Shown one piece after another: positions 1-9,066 of a DNA stretch of 64,000 nt; position 1 is the first letter of the stretch; the number at the start of each line of letters is the position of its first letter. The position numbers were made by a program, and so were the translations under genes. Origin of the DNA: a virus. Under the pieces are notes generated by a model, which searched no databases, was not told the DNA's origin, and saw nothing but the letters and a program-made list of their open reading frames with translations. The stretch lies in IMG/VR virus record IMGVR_UViG_3300032675_001827, positions 10,605-74,604 of that record; one strand, given 5' to 3'.

Positions 1-600
1 TAACTGAAGAAGGTCTTAGTAGTATCATCATGTCTAGACGCAATAAAGTAGTTGCATTTGATAAAGAGCTTGGCAAAAAAGTCAGCATTACAAAGGCAGA
101 ATTTATTGCCAATCCTGCTCGATTTGTTGGCAATACAAAAGGCTATAGGGTAATGAAAACTCTAGACAACACTGTTGTTGTTGTTGGAGTTGACGATACT
201 AGCAATCTAGTCGGAGTAACCCGCGGCCAGAGAAAAGCTCTAACCAATGATGGTAAAACCGTTATGGTTTCGGTAGATGATCCGCGCTTCTTGACCGGAG
301 AACTTCGGTCTGTGAACAAAGGTAAGGTTATTGTTAAAGATACCAATGGCAATAAATTTGCAGTTGATCAATCTGATCCAAGGCTAACATCCGGAGAATT
401 AGTCGGTGTAGCTTCTGGTAAACGATATAAGCATAACAAGAAGCGACCGCAGGTTACATGTCCACATTGTTCAAAACTAGGAGATGCGTCAAATATGCAA
501 AGATGGCATTTCGATAGGTGCAAAAATCGTGTTAAGATATAGTCTGAGCTTGCATGAAAGTGCAAGAGGTTGGGATAAAGAGCCCAATGATAACACACTG
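1..600 (+). mobile_element. 3' part of a group I intron interrupting dnaK (5' part lies upstream of the window)
   Basis: Canonical S element AAGATATAGTCT at 534-545. It is followed by a P9-like hairpin CTTGCAT-GAAA-GTGCAAG, a second hairpin TTGGG..CCCAA, and a terminal G at 600. The next bases GAA GAC TTT GAC (EDFD) continue the DnaK motif LGG|EDFD. Confidence 0.88.
3..542 (+). CDS. Intron-encoded homing endonuclease, C-terminal part (repeated DPR.L.GEL DNA-binding units and a CPHC..RWHFDRC Zn finger)
   Basis: The frame is open back to the window edge, so the ATG at 30 is probably internal. The stop TAG lies inside the intron S element. The C-terminal CPHC...HF..C motif is typical of phage HEGs. 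Confidence 0.75.
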   Translation, partial: TEEGLSSIIMSRRNKVVAFDKELGKKVSITKAEFIANPARFVGNTKGYRVMKTLDNTVVVVGVDDTSNLVGVTRGQRKALTNDGKTVMVSVDDPRFLTGELRSVNKGKVIVKDTNGNKFAVDQSDPRLTSGELVGVASGKRYKHNKKRPQVTCPHCSKLGDASNMQRWHFDRCKNRVKI

Positions 601-1764
601 GAAGACTTTGACGAGCGTCTTGTTAATTACATGGCAGACGATTTTAAAAAGACTAACGGCATAGACTTACGCAATGACAAACTGGCTTTGCAGCGTCTAC
701 GCGAATCAGCTGAACGTGCCAAAATTGAACTGTCAAGCACAACAGAAACAGAAGTAAACATTCCATATGTTACTGCTGACGCAAGCGGTCCAAAACATCT
801 TTTGTTAAAAATTTCAAGGGGTAAATTTGAAAGTTTAATAAGCGATCTAATTGAAAGAGCTATAGCTCCTTGCAAAGCTGCACTAGCCGATGCTGGTTTA
901 AAGCCCGGTGACATAAAAGAAGTTATTCTAGTTGGTGGTTCAACACGTATTCCTGCAATTCGCAATGCTGTTAAAAACTTCTTCGGTAAAGAACCTAGCA
1001 ATGCTGTAAATCCTGATGAGGCCGTTGCCATAGGAGCTGCCATTCAAGGTGGTGTTCTTCAAGGTGACGTTAAAGATGTACTACTTCTTGACGTTACACC
1101 TCTTTCACTTGGTTTGGAAACATTAGGCGGAGTGTTTACACGATTGATAGATCGGAACACTACTATTCCAACAAGAAAGAGCCAGGTTTTTTCAACAGCA
1201 GAAGACAATCAAAATGCAGTTACAATAAGAGTTTTCCAAGGGGAACGCGAAATGGCTGCTGATAACAAGCTTCTTGGGCAATTTGATTTAACAGGTATAC
1301 CGCCTGCACGCAGAGGAACACCTAAAATCACTGTCACCTTTGATATTGATGCTAATGGAATTGTTTCAGTAAGTGCCAAAGATGAAGCAACAGGAAAAGA
1401 GCAACAAATTACTGTCACTGCAAACGGTGGACTGTCAGACGAAGACATTCAACAAATGGTAGCCGATGCTGAGAAAAATAAAGCAGCTGACCAGGCTAAA
1501 AAAGAAATGGCAGACGCACGCAATGCAGCACAGGCCGCTATTAATTCAGCTGAACGTCAAGTTGAAGAAGGTGAAGATCTTGATCAAAATCTAGTAGATC
1601 AGCTGAATGCTGCTAAAGCAGAACTGCAGAATCTACTAAATGATGACGCTGTTGCTTTAGATCAATTACGAGAAGCAAGCAGTAAACTGATTAATGCATC
1701 AATGGCTCTTGGTCAAAGTCAGTATCAAACAATTAATCCAGAAACGGCTTCAACTGAGCAATAA
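601..1764 (+). CDS. dnaK: Hsp70 chaperone DnaK, 3' exon
   Basis: [71 protein letters not shown]. The first 39 aa of the tracked ORF 484..1764 are intron sequence. Confidence 0.95.
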   Translation, partial: EDFDERLVNYMADDFKKTNGIDLRNDKLALQRLRESAERAKIELSSTTETEVNIPYVTADASGPKHLLLKISRGKFESLISDLIERAIAPCKAALADAGLKPGDIKEVILVGGSTRIPAIRNAVKNFFGKEPSNAVNPDEAVAIGAAIQGGVLQGDVKDVLLLDVTPLSLGLETLGGVFTRLIDRNTTIPTRKSQVFSTAEDNQNAVTIRVFQGEREMAADNKLLGQFDLTGIPPARRGTPKITVTFDIDANGIVSVSAKDEATGKEQQITVTANGGLSDEDIQQMVADAEKNKAADQAKKEMADARNAAQAAINSAERQVEEGEDLDQNLVDQLNAAKAELQNLLNDDAVALDQLREASSKLINASMALGQSQYQTINPETASTEQ

Positions 1765-1765
1765 T

Positions 1766-1797
1766 AAAAAAGGTGTAGCTAAAAACTACACCTTTTT
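1766..1797. terminator. Bidirectional intrinsic terminator between convergent dnaK and the release-factor gene
   Basis: AAAAAAGGTGTAG-ctaaaaa-CTACACCTTTTT hairpin with A and T tails. Confidence 0.85.
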
Positions 1798-2488
1798 ACC
1801 ATAATAAGTCAATCATTCCTTTTGACAATTGTCTTGTGTTAATAGTTTTATTATTTCTATGATCACAAATTTCATCATGCTGTAAACGATAGGTGCGTAT
1901 TTTATCACCTCTCTGGCCAGACCCAACTTGTGCCTTTTTTTCTGAGCTTATTTTTTCATGCTGCTGTATACCAAAGTATTGTCGCAGTTTAGCAGTTAGA
2001 TCGTTTTTAGCTTGGGTATAACTAGTTTCTCTACTGCGAGTCTGAGCCGTAACTGTGATTCCAGTTGGCGTATGGGTAAGCCTTATACTATTCTGATGTT
2101 TATTTCTGTGCTGGCCTCCTTTACCTGTACCGCTGAACCACGATAAACTTAGATCTTTTTCATCTAATACAAACTCATTGGTCAAGTTTGGATCTATAAC
2201 ACTAACGGTAACAGTACTGGTGTGCACTCTACCTTTTTTCTCAGTAGGTGGCACACGTTGCCATCGATGACCTCCGGCTTCTGCTTCAAGTTTTTCTAAA
2301 TTTTGTCCTGAAAATTCAAGTGAGATGGCAAAATTGCCGTGCCCTTTTGTGCTGGGTCTCACATCTGCCCAGCGGCACTTTCAACCAACTCTGGTTGCTA
2401 GATTAAAATAGATGTCTGCTAAATCTTTAACTAACAGCTGACTATCAGCACCGCCTTCGGCAGCGTGTATTTCTATTATTCTACGCAT
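1796..2488 (-). CDS. Minimal class I peptide chain release factor, RF1-like (PPT and GGQ motifs), with an in-frame TGA at codon 36
   Basis: SD AGGAG then ATG at 2488 gives MRRIIEIHAAEGGADSQLLVKDLADIYFNLATRVG*KCRWADVRPS..., in frame with ORF 1796..2362. That ORF has EAGGHRWQRVPPTEKKGRVHTS, GKGGQHRNK and RGDKIRTY. The TGA is at 2381-2383. Confidence 0.88.
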
Positions 2489-2553
2489 GCTACGTCTCCT
2501 TTTACATGGTTTCTATACTATTTAATTATTGTCTAAGAATGTCAAGAAAAGAC

Positions 2554-2582
2554 TTGACATCTATAATGGCTCATGGTATTGT
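2554..2582 (+). promoter_or_regulatory. sigma70-type early promoter
   Basis: TTGACA-17 nt-TATTGT with a TGn extension. A divergent TTGACA (2540-2545, minus strand) and TAAATA (2519-2524, minus strand) face the release-factor gene. Confidence 0.7.
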
Positions 2583-2615
2583 GAAGTCAATCGCATTAGT
2601 GAAAAGGAGATAGAT

Positions 2616-2954
2616 GTGGAAAAAACTTTTACTATCGTTGGCGTAAGTACTATTGGAACTCCGACCAACAACCAGACAAAATTTCGCGTTGCCAATGGCG
2701 ATCTTGCTGCTCGACGTAAGGTGCTTGAGCGAGTAGGACATTTTGATATTAATCTTATTGATCTTCCTACTCCAATGACCAAGCTGGCAGCTATTGAATA
2801 TTATAAATCACTTTATCCAGAAGCAGCTGGCATTCGAATGCTAAATCAAAAAGAAGTTTCACCAAAAGCCAAAACAGTTGTTCTGCGAGGAGCGAACAAA
2901 AAGTCCGTAGCAGACGCTGCGTCAGAACTTTTGCGAGCGATCGAAGAAGTATAA
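2616..2954 (+). CDS. Hypothetical phage protein
   Basis: SD AAGGAG then GTG at 2616, in frame with ORF 2529..2954. Confidence 0.7.
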   Translation: MEKTFTIVGVSTIGTPTNNQTKFRVANGDLAARRKVLERVGHFDINLIDLPTPMTKLAAIEYYKSLYPEAAGIRMLNQKEVSPKAKTVVLRGANKKSVADAASELLRAIEEV

Positions 2955-2959
2955 TAAAG

Positions 2960-2988
2960 TTGGCTTATCGGAGTTAATGCTGTATAAT
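2960..2988 (+). promoter_or_regulatory. sigma70-type promoter placing +1 at or near the ATG at 2995 (leaderless)
   Basis: TTGGCT-17 nt-TATAAT, with ATG 6 nt downstream. Confidence 0.6.
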
Positions 2989-2994
2989 TTGCAT

Positions 2995-3084
2995 ATGGAT
3001 AAAGTAGAAATGGATAAAGTAGAAATGGATAAAGTAGAAATGGATAAAGTAGAAATGGATAAAGTAGAAATGGATAAAGTAGAA
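2995..3084 (+). repeat. Perfect tandem repeat, 6 x 15 bp (ATGGATAAAGTAGAA)
   Basis: Read directly from the sequence. Confidence 0.97.
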
Positions 3085-3483
3085 ATCATATTCAAAAAAC
3101 AAATAGCTAATTCTCCGTGTATGGCAATGATGTTACAAGCTCATGCTGAACTAATTGAAAAAAGCTGGGCAATGAATATACTTCCGTTTGGGCATAAAAG
3201 CAGTTGCATTTATGCTCAAATTGAAAATGACATTGCAGGTGCTATAGTTTTTATTTTTGACCCTGATATTGAAGTTGTACACACTCAGTTATCCTATGTG
3301 AAACCACAGTATCGTGGCCGGCGCATATACCAGTCAATGCACAAATACCTGCATGATTATGCACGTAAAGTCGGAGCGCATAGAATAACCAGTACAGTTC
3401 ATATAGACAATCAGCCACTTTTGCAAGCAAGTACACGAAGCGGCATGACTACTCGCTGGGTTGCACAGATTTTAGAATTGTAA
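2995..3483 (+). CDS. GNAT family acetyltransferase with an N-terminal (MDKVE)6 repeat
   Basis: YVKPQYRGRRIY (acetyl-CoA motif A) and VHIDNQP. Confidence 0.75.
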   Translation: MDKVEMDKVEMDKVEMDKVEMDKVEMDKVEIIFKKQIANSPCMAMMLQAHAELIEKSWAMNILPFGHKSSCIYAQIENDIAGAIVFIFDPDIEVVHTQLSYVKPQYRGRRIYQSMHKYLHDYARKVGAHRITSTVHIDNQPLLQASTRSGMTTRWVAQILEL

Positions 3484-3484
3484 T

Positions 3485-4459
3485 ATGGTTACACTTTCAT
3501 ATACAAATAGTTTTAAATTTGGCTATAACGGTGAGTGGTTCAACTCACGAGTATCAAAAAATGACCAATGGATGACACAGTATGATCCAATTGAAAGACC
3601 TGTAGTTGATTTTGGAACAGAGTGTATAAACACAGCAAAATTAATACGTGAAACAGCTACTGGTCCGATAGATGTTTTGTTTTCAGGTGGACAAGACAGC
3701 GAGGTGTGCTTAAACGCATTCTTGCTAGCAGGGATATCTGTTAATGTATTAATCATGCGTTTTAAAGATGGGTTTAACGCATTTGATACAGCTTATGCAA
3801 CCAAATATTGTCAAGCACACAATATTGAACCAATTTATGTAGACCTGGATATTTGTAAATTTTTAGAAACAGATGCCTGGGATTATGCTGCACTTACGCA
3901 GTGCACCTCTCCGCCGTTGTTACCTCATTTGTGGCTAATAGATCAAAGCGATCACTATGTGGTAATTGGGTCAGGTGATGTTTTTTTGTATAAAAATATT
4001 TTAATTGCTCAAGGCACAGTACCAGATACAGAATTTTACACAATTAACCAAAAGATTACACCTAAAACAACGTTTGATAACAAATGGTATTATAGGGAAC
4101 ACGAGTCAATTGCAGCATTGCATCGTCTGTTTATGTTACGTAATAGAGACGGATGCCCAGGATTTTTCCAGTACAATCCTGAGCTAGTTCTAAGTTGGCT
4201 AAATGAACCAGAGGTCAACAGAGACTTAAGTGGATCAAATGACAGAGTCAGTACACTGTATACCAAATACGAAATTTATCAAAGGATTTGGCAGATTCAA
4301 AATAGACCTAAATTTGATGGATTTGAAATAGTTCGGCATGCTGTCAGCATTCCAAAAATGCGGCAGAGTTTGGAAACACAGAATGCAGATTTCATGCAAA
4401 CCTACAAAGTACAAGTTGACGATTTGCGCAAACAATTACAAGGCGATATAAATGGATAA
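3485..4459 (+). CDS. Phage protein with a PP-loop-like SGG.DS motif (adenine nucleotide alpha-hydrolase-like)
   Basis: VLFSGGQDSE, then RPKFDGFE near the C-terminus. Confidence 0.55.
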   Translation: MVTLSYTNSFKFGYNGEWFNSRVSKNDQWMTQYDPIERPVVDFGTECINTAKLIRETATGPIDVLFSGGQDSEVCLNAFLLAGISVNVLIMRFKDGFNAFDTAYATKYCQAHNIEPIYVDLDICKFLETDAWDYAALTQCTSPPLLPHLWLIDQSDHYVVIGSGDVFLYKNILIAQGTVPDTEFYTINQKITPKTTFDNKWYYREHESIAALHRLFMLRNRDGCPGFFQYNPELVLSWLNEPEVNRDLSGSNDRVSTLYTKYEIYQRIWQIQNRPKFDGFEIVRHAVSIPKMRQSLETQNADFMQTYKVQVDDLRKQLQGDING

Positions 4460-4745
4460 GAAGGCGATTTTTGTATGCCAGTGTCATTCACATGAACATA
4501 TGGTATCAGTTGATTTGTACGATTGGGATAATGGCGATGTAGATTTTTGTTTGTCCGTAACAGCAGAAACACATCTATCATGGCTAAAACGATTGAAAAT
4601 CGCTGTGAAATACCTATTTGGCTTACCAGGACTATCCTGGCACGATGTAATGCTAAAGGACGAAGATGTGCTAACATTGTCACAGTTGATTGCAGATTAT
4701 AATGCGTTAAAAAACAGCCAACCGGAAAATAACCGACATGTCTGA
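4452..4745 (+). CDS. Hypothetical protein
   Basis: Overlapping, coupled ORF with a CxCxxxxH motif. Confidence 0.65.
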   Translation: MDKKAIFVCQCHSHEHMVSVDLYDWDNGDVDFCLSVTAETHLSWLKRLKIAVKYLFGLPGLSWHDVMLKDEDVLTLSQLIADYNALKNSQPENNRHV

Positions 4746-5142
4746 AATTATTTCATACAAAGGTGACCCTTGGTACGCCGACGAAAGTGACGACTGTGTG
4801 CGCCTATTTAGAGGCAACCTCCAAATACTCAAAGCGCCAAAGAACGGAACCCCTTACGAGGAATATTAGCCCGAGCCAAAAATGCTAAAGTGGATGCTTG
4901 ATGCATTGAATGAAAAAGAACGTAGTGAAAGATTGGCACCTGTATTGAATGGAACTGATACCTGCTGGTGCTATCATTGCATGGAAAAGAGAACGGATCC
5001 AAACACGGGATGGCCGATGACCTTATCAACATTTATCACCTGTCCCAACTGCGGAAACAAGCGTTGTCCACGAGCTACAGACCACAATTTAGCCTGCACC
5101 GGCAGCAATGAACCAGGACAAAAAGGCAGTAGATATGAGTGA
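4738..5142 (+). CDS. Hypothetical Zn-finger protein interrupted by an in-frame TAG (readthrough or pseudogene)
   Basis: ATG at 4738 overlaps the upstream gene. MSEIISYKGDPWY...PYEEY*PEPKMLKW is in frame with ORF 4882..5142 (CWCYHC, CPNCGNKRCPRA). The TAG is at 4867-4869. Confidence 0.6.
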
Positions 5143-5602
5143 GCGTCCTGATATTGACACCTGGGCACTGGATCTAGCAGACCTAGTCGCAACACGTAGC
5201 CGTGACCCAAACACAAAGGTTGGCGCAGTAATCCTTAGGCCTGATAACACTATTGCAGCGGCTGGCTATAATGGCTTTCCAAGAGGTACTTACGACGACG
5301 ATGAGATTTATGCAGATAAAACACGTAAACTGCTGAGAGTGGTCCATGCTGAGTTGAATGCAATTTTAACCAGCCGAGAGCCGTTACATGGTTACACACT
5401 TTACGTTTCGCCATTACATCCTTGTAGCCAATGCGCTGCGGCTATTATACAAAGCGGAATTAAAACGGTGATTGCGCGAACTGATCCTTCTAGAGAAAGT
5501 ACAACATGGCGCGAAAGTTTTGCCGAAGCCGGCCGGATGTTTAAAGAAGCAAATATCAAAGTAAAACTATTGACAGACTCGCATATAGAAATTAGTTTAT
5601 GA
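5135..5602 (+). CDS. dCMP deaminase
   Basis: SRDPNTKVGA, GYNGFPRG, HAELNAI, PCSQC. Confidence 0.92.
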   Translation: MSERPDIDTWALDLADLVATRSRDPNTKVGAVILRPDNTIAAAGYNGFPRGTYDDDEIYADKTRKLLRVVHAELNAILTSREPLHGYTLYVSPLHPCSQCAAAIIQSGIKTVIARTDPSRESTTWRESFAEAGRMFKEANIKVKLLTDSHIEISL

Positions 5603-5619
5603 AATAAGGGAGTTGCAAA

Positions 5620-5811
5620 ATGCACAAGGATAAACTACAACATCATCTAGAACATCTTAAAGAAAAGCATGCCAAACTAGATGATCAAATAGATAAAATG
5701 GAATCTTCTGGAGTTTTCCAAGATTTTCAACCTAATGAAATGAAAAAACAACGGCTGTTGATAAAAGATGAAATGTCTATTACAGAACAAAAAATTGCAG
5801 GCTGTGCATGA
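5620..5811 (+). CDS. Small coiled-coil protein, YdcH/DUF465-like
   Basis: L..KHAKLDDQI...KKQRLLIKDE pattern; SD AAGGGG. Confidence 0.6.
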   Translation: MHKDKLQHHLEHLKEKHAKLDDQIDKMESSGVFQDFQPNEMKKQRLLIKDEMSITEQKIAGCA

Positions 5812-6197
5812 GCAAATTGAATCTAATTGATGTGTCTAAGGCGTTAGGTTGGCGCATCGCCGAGGGCAGCAGTTATAACTGGCTGAGTTATGGTCCTCAG
5901 TGTCGGTATTTTGATTTTTCTGATTCAATTGAAGAGTCTAAATGGTACATTAGTATTATTGCTAATGTAGAGACACTTGAGATTCGAGAAGTTACAGGGT
6001 ACGGTTCTATCTATGAATTGGTTGCAAGTCCATGGAAATGGATTGATAATCAGTATTCTGACGCATATCTCAATGAATGCAAAGAACGTCAATTACGTCC
6101 TGATATCGCCTGGGACGATGTAAAATATTACAATGTTGAATCTGTGGACGAACTGCAAAAACTAATTGATATGGTAGGTGCCATAGACAATGTTTGA
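5808..6197 (+). CDS. Hypothetical phage protein
   Basis: ATGA-coupled ORF. Confidence 0.7.
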   Translation: MSKLNLIDVSKALGWRIAEGSSYNWLSYGPQCRYFDFSDSIEESKWYISIIANVETLEIREVTGYGSIYELVASPWKWIDNQYSDAYLNECKERQLRPDIAWDDVKYYNVESVDELQKLIDMVGAIDNV

Positions 6198-6585
6198 ATG
6201 TATTATTTTAGGTGATAGTATTGCAGTAGGTACACATCAAGCAAAAACAGAATGTGTTGCTTATGCACAAGGCGGTATCAGCAGCTATCAATGGAATAGA
6301 AAATACAATCACACAAATCTGGAAGCGAAAATAGTGGTTATATCGTTGGGCTCAAATGACTCAACGGCTATTCACACTGAACAAGAGCTGCGGACATTGC
6401 GTAATAGAATAACATCTGCACATGTGATGTGGATAGTTCCTAATGTTAAACCTTATATTCAGCAGATTGTTAAAATGCTAGCTAGAGAATACGGCGATAG
6501 CGCTATACCTATTAAACACTCTAGTCCAGATGGTATTCACCCTACAGTTCCAGAATACAAGTCTATAGCAAGGGCTATTCAATAA
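6190..6585 (+). CDS. SGNH/GDSL hydrolase-like protein
   Basis: GDSIA block I, LGSND block III, DGIHP block V. Confidence 0.8.
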   Translation: MFECIILGDSIAVGTHQAKTECVAYAQGGISSYQWNRKYNHTNLEAKIVVISLGSNDSTAIHTEQELRTLRNRITSAHVMWIVPNVKPYIQQIVKMLAREYGDSAIPIKHSSPDGIHPTVPEYKSIARAIQ

Positions 6586-6899
6586 TGTATACGGTTGTAA
6601 GTGATTATTATGGAACAGGCGAAGGACGTACCATTATGATGTGTATTTGCAGAGGTTTTCCAGATGCAACGCATCCTAAGTACGATACTGAAACTGATCC
6701 AAAATTTTGGGCATTAGAAAGTTTTAAAAAGCAATTTGGTGAATTTTATACCTATGGCGCCGATCTGCACGAAGGTTTATTTTTAGACTTTGAAGGAGCA
6801 GAGTTTTTGATTTCAGACCAATTAAGGAAATCGTTAACACAATGGCAAAGCTGCGCAAATCTATTTTACGCTGCTAAATTTCATTTTAATTTCAGCTAA
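6585..6899 (+). CDS. Hypothetical protein
   Basis: TAATG-coupled ORF. Confidence 0.65.
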   Translation: MYTVVSDYYGTGEGRTIMMCICRGFPDATHPKYDTETDPKFWALESFKKQFGEFYTYGADLHEGLFLDFEGAEFLISDQLRKSLTQWQSCANLFYAAKFHFNFS

Positions 6900-6901
6900 A
6901 A

Positions 6902-7633
6902 CTACCTGCGTATCCAAATTCCAACATCTGGACGATTACTCCAGGGAATTCCAAATTCATGAAAGTGAGCTGACAACCATTCATGTGGTCCTAAACTAAG
7001 TGTGCCGGCTCTAGCAAGTATGTCAAGGCTTTCAAATTGTTTCCCCCATTTATGCATTAGATCACTTGGTCCGCATGCCCATGCATCTGAGATAACGTCT
7101 GGCCCGTACATCCCGTCGAGAGATACTATTGTACTATCAAGATTATCTAGATCAATTGGGTGCAAATAATCTATATCATATCTAGTGCAAACTATACGAT
7201 CAAATTTTTTGCCCAACTGATTTTCATAATCTCTTGCCATGTTTAGACTTGTTGATCTACTATAGACCTGGCCTAATGTCCCTTTAGGTCTATGGTGCGG
7301 ATCTGGGTGATGAAAGGATTTATATTGTTCTACCAGTTTACTAAACATAGCGTCATGTAGATGATACCTGTCAAATACTAGAGAAACAGGTTTTAATCTA
7401 TCAAAAAGCTGCACAATATAGTCTGTATCTACTGACGCACTGTTTCTATCGTAGCCTACATGAGCTAGAGGATTAGATGCTTCAGTCGGATGCTGAAAAA
7501 ACCCCATGCTGTCTGTCCATGCCATTATGAAAATTTTATCTATGCTATTGCATGCAATAAGATTTGCATGCAGTTGTGGCCAACATTCATTAAATGATCG
7601 AAAATGTCCATACAGACAAAGTGCGGTGTTCAT
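6902..7633 (-). CDS. Putative glycosyltransferase-like protein (paralogue of 32702..33319 and 35246..35893)
   Basis: Shared pattern A(L/V)xxxGxxR ... D.(I/V)..R.D ... D.(F/W/I)AxG ... E..L..H. Confidence 0.55.
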   Translation of the reverse strand: MNTALCLYGHFRSFNECWPQLHANLIACNSIDKIFIMAWTDSMGFFQHPTEASNPLAHVGYDRNSASVDTDYIVQLFDRLKPVSLVFDRYHLHDAMFSKLVEQYKSFHHPDPHHRPKGTLGQVYSRSTSLNMARDYENQLGKKFDRIVCTRYDIDYLHPIDLDNLDSTIVSLDGMYGPDVISDAWACGPSDLMHKWGKQFESLDILARAGTLSLGPHEWLSAHFHEFGIPWSNRPDVGIWIRR

Positions 7634-7641
7634 GCTACAAT

Positions 7642-7929
7642 TTATAATAATCTTTTTGGATTAACCAAATATGAAAAAGCAGAATTTTCTAATTGTAATG
7701 TAATTTGGTCATATATTGACTTTAATTCGCACAGCATTGCTTTATTAGGAAAGTCTAAAAAATCTACAAATGCTATTTCAAAAATTTGAGATAAAAACCC
7801 CACTGCCGATGCTGCGTCTAAATCTATAACTGCTGACGAGTTATCAAGATAATCTTTGAATACCATAACGCGCCTGCGCATTGTACAAGCAGCATTAATA
7901 GACAAACTGATCCATTCTTTGTGTATCAT
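7642..7929 (-). CDS. Hypothetical protein
   Basis: ORF with SD AGGTGA, downstream of TATAAATA at 7950-7957 (minus strand). Confidence 0.55.
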   Translation of the reverse strand: MIHKEWISLSINAACTMRRRVMVFKDYLDNSSAVIDLDAASAVGFLSQIFEIAFVDFLDFPNKAMLCELKSIYDQITLQLENSAFSYLVNPKRLL

Positions 7930-8031
7930 ATGATCACCTATATATTAAATATTTATATTGAAACATGCTGGATATCTCTTGACTTACCATACAATTATTG
8001 TATGTTTTCTAATAGTTTGGAGGGGATAGGA

Positions 8032-8451
8032 ATGGCAAAAAGTCTCAGTGCCGGTGTTGTAATTACCAATGGAACTAGTATTCTGTTATGTCATGTAACA
8101 GGTAATAAACATTGGGATTTGCCAAAGGGTAAAGTAGAATCTGGCGAACATGTTCTTAATGCTGCGATTAGAGAATGTTTTGAAGAAACCAGCATCAAAT
8201 TGCAAGAAGATCAGTTGGTCGATTTGGGCATATTCAAATATAAAAAAGATAAGGACCTTCATCTTTTTCTACAACTTACTGCTGACATGCCTGACACTGA
8301 TAAACTGGATTGTTCAAGTACGTTTGATAGTGGTAAAGGCATACACAAAAAAGAAATGGATGCATTTGCAAACGTTACATGGGATAAAATTCACAAAAAA
8401 GTATTACCTGACATGTTACGTGTGTTAATGGAAGTAAAAGACCAACTGTGA
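8032..8451 (+). CDS. NUDIX hydrolase
   Basis: Nudix box PKGKVESGE....AAIRECFEETSI; SD GGAGGGG. Confidence 0.9.
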   Translation: MAKSLSAGVVITNGTSILLCHVTGNKHWDLPKGKVESGEHVLNAAIRECFEETSIKLQEDQLVDLGIFKYKKDKDLHLFLQLTADMPDTDKLDCSSTFDSGKGIHKKEMDAFANVTWDKIHKKVLPDMLRVLMEVKDQL

Positions 8452-8984
8452 AACCAAAAACACTATTTGATAAAATAATTACATTTTGGTGGATATTCTG
8501 TTGCGTTGCAGGAATAGCAATAGGCTTTCCACTAAGCGTGTATTTTGATACGTGGTACCTGATTTTATTACAACTTGTACCATTATGTGTCTCATTTTTT
8601 TCTTTTTTAATTCATAGTATGCACTCTTGCCAAGACAGAGTTTGGTTAGTTAGGTTGGTATGCTCATTATCTAGAAATCTTACGCCTGTAGAATTATATA
8701 GTTACCGTGCAGAAAAAACATACTCGGTAGCCAAAATAGATCAAGATGGATTATTGCATGCATACTGCTGTTGGTTTTATGAAATCGGTGATTGTATTTT
8801 GCTTCCAAATGGTCATATTAGTGAAAATTCCGACGTAAGTTATCAGTTTTTCTGGATGCCATTGCGCAGAAACGAAAGGGTTGAATTTATCTTACGCAAC
8901 GATTTACCTGATTTTGCACAGATTGCACAACTGCCAAAAGCGGAACGCTGCCGTCTTATGTCCCAGTATAAGGATAAACAATGA
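8448..8984 (+). CDS. Hypothetical membrane protein (two N-terminal TM segments)
   Basis: Hydrophobic stretches at aa 10-55; GTGA overlap with the upstream gene. Confidence 0.65.
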   Translation: MKPKTLFDKIITFWWIFCCVAGIAIGFPLSVYFDTWYLILLQLVPLCVSFFSFLIHSMHSCQDRVWLVRLVCSLSRNLTPVELYSYRAEKTYSVAKIDQDGLLHAYCCWFYEIGDCILLPNGHISENSDVSYQFFWMPLRRNERVEFILRNDLPDFAQIAQLPKAERCRLMSQYKDKQ

Positions 8985-9066
8985 GCAACTATGGATTAGC
9001 TAATTTTTCGTTGTGCATTACCTGATACTAGTGTACAATGTTTTTAATATTTTTTTTGGGGATAAC

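Noticed and set aside
484-600. N-terminal 39 aa of the tracked DnaK ORF
   Set aside because: This is intron sequence that happens to be open; DnaK similarity starts at 601.
2995-3084. CRISPR array
   Set aside because: Head-to-tail 15-bp repeats with no spacers, in frame within a CDS. No cas genes or repeat-spacer arrays were seen in the window.
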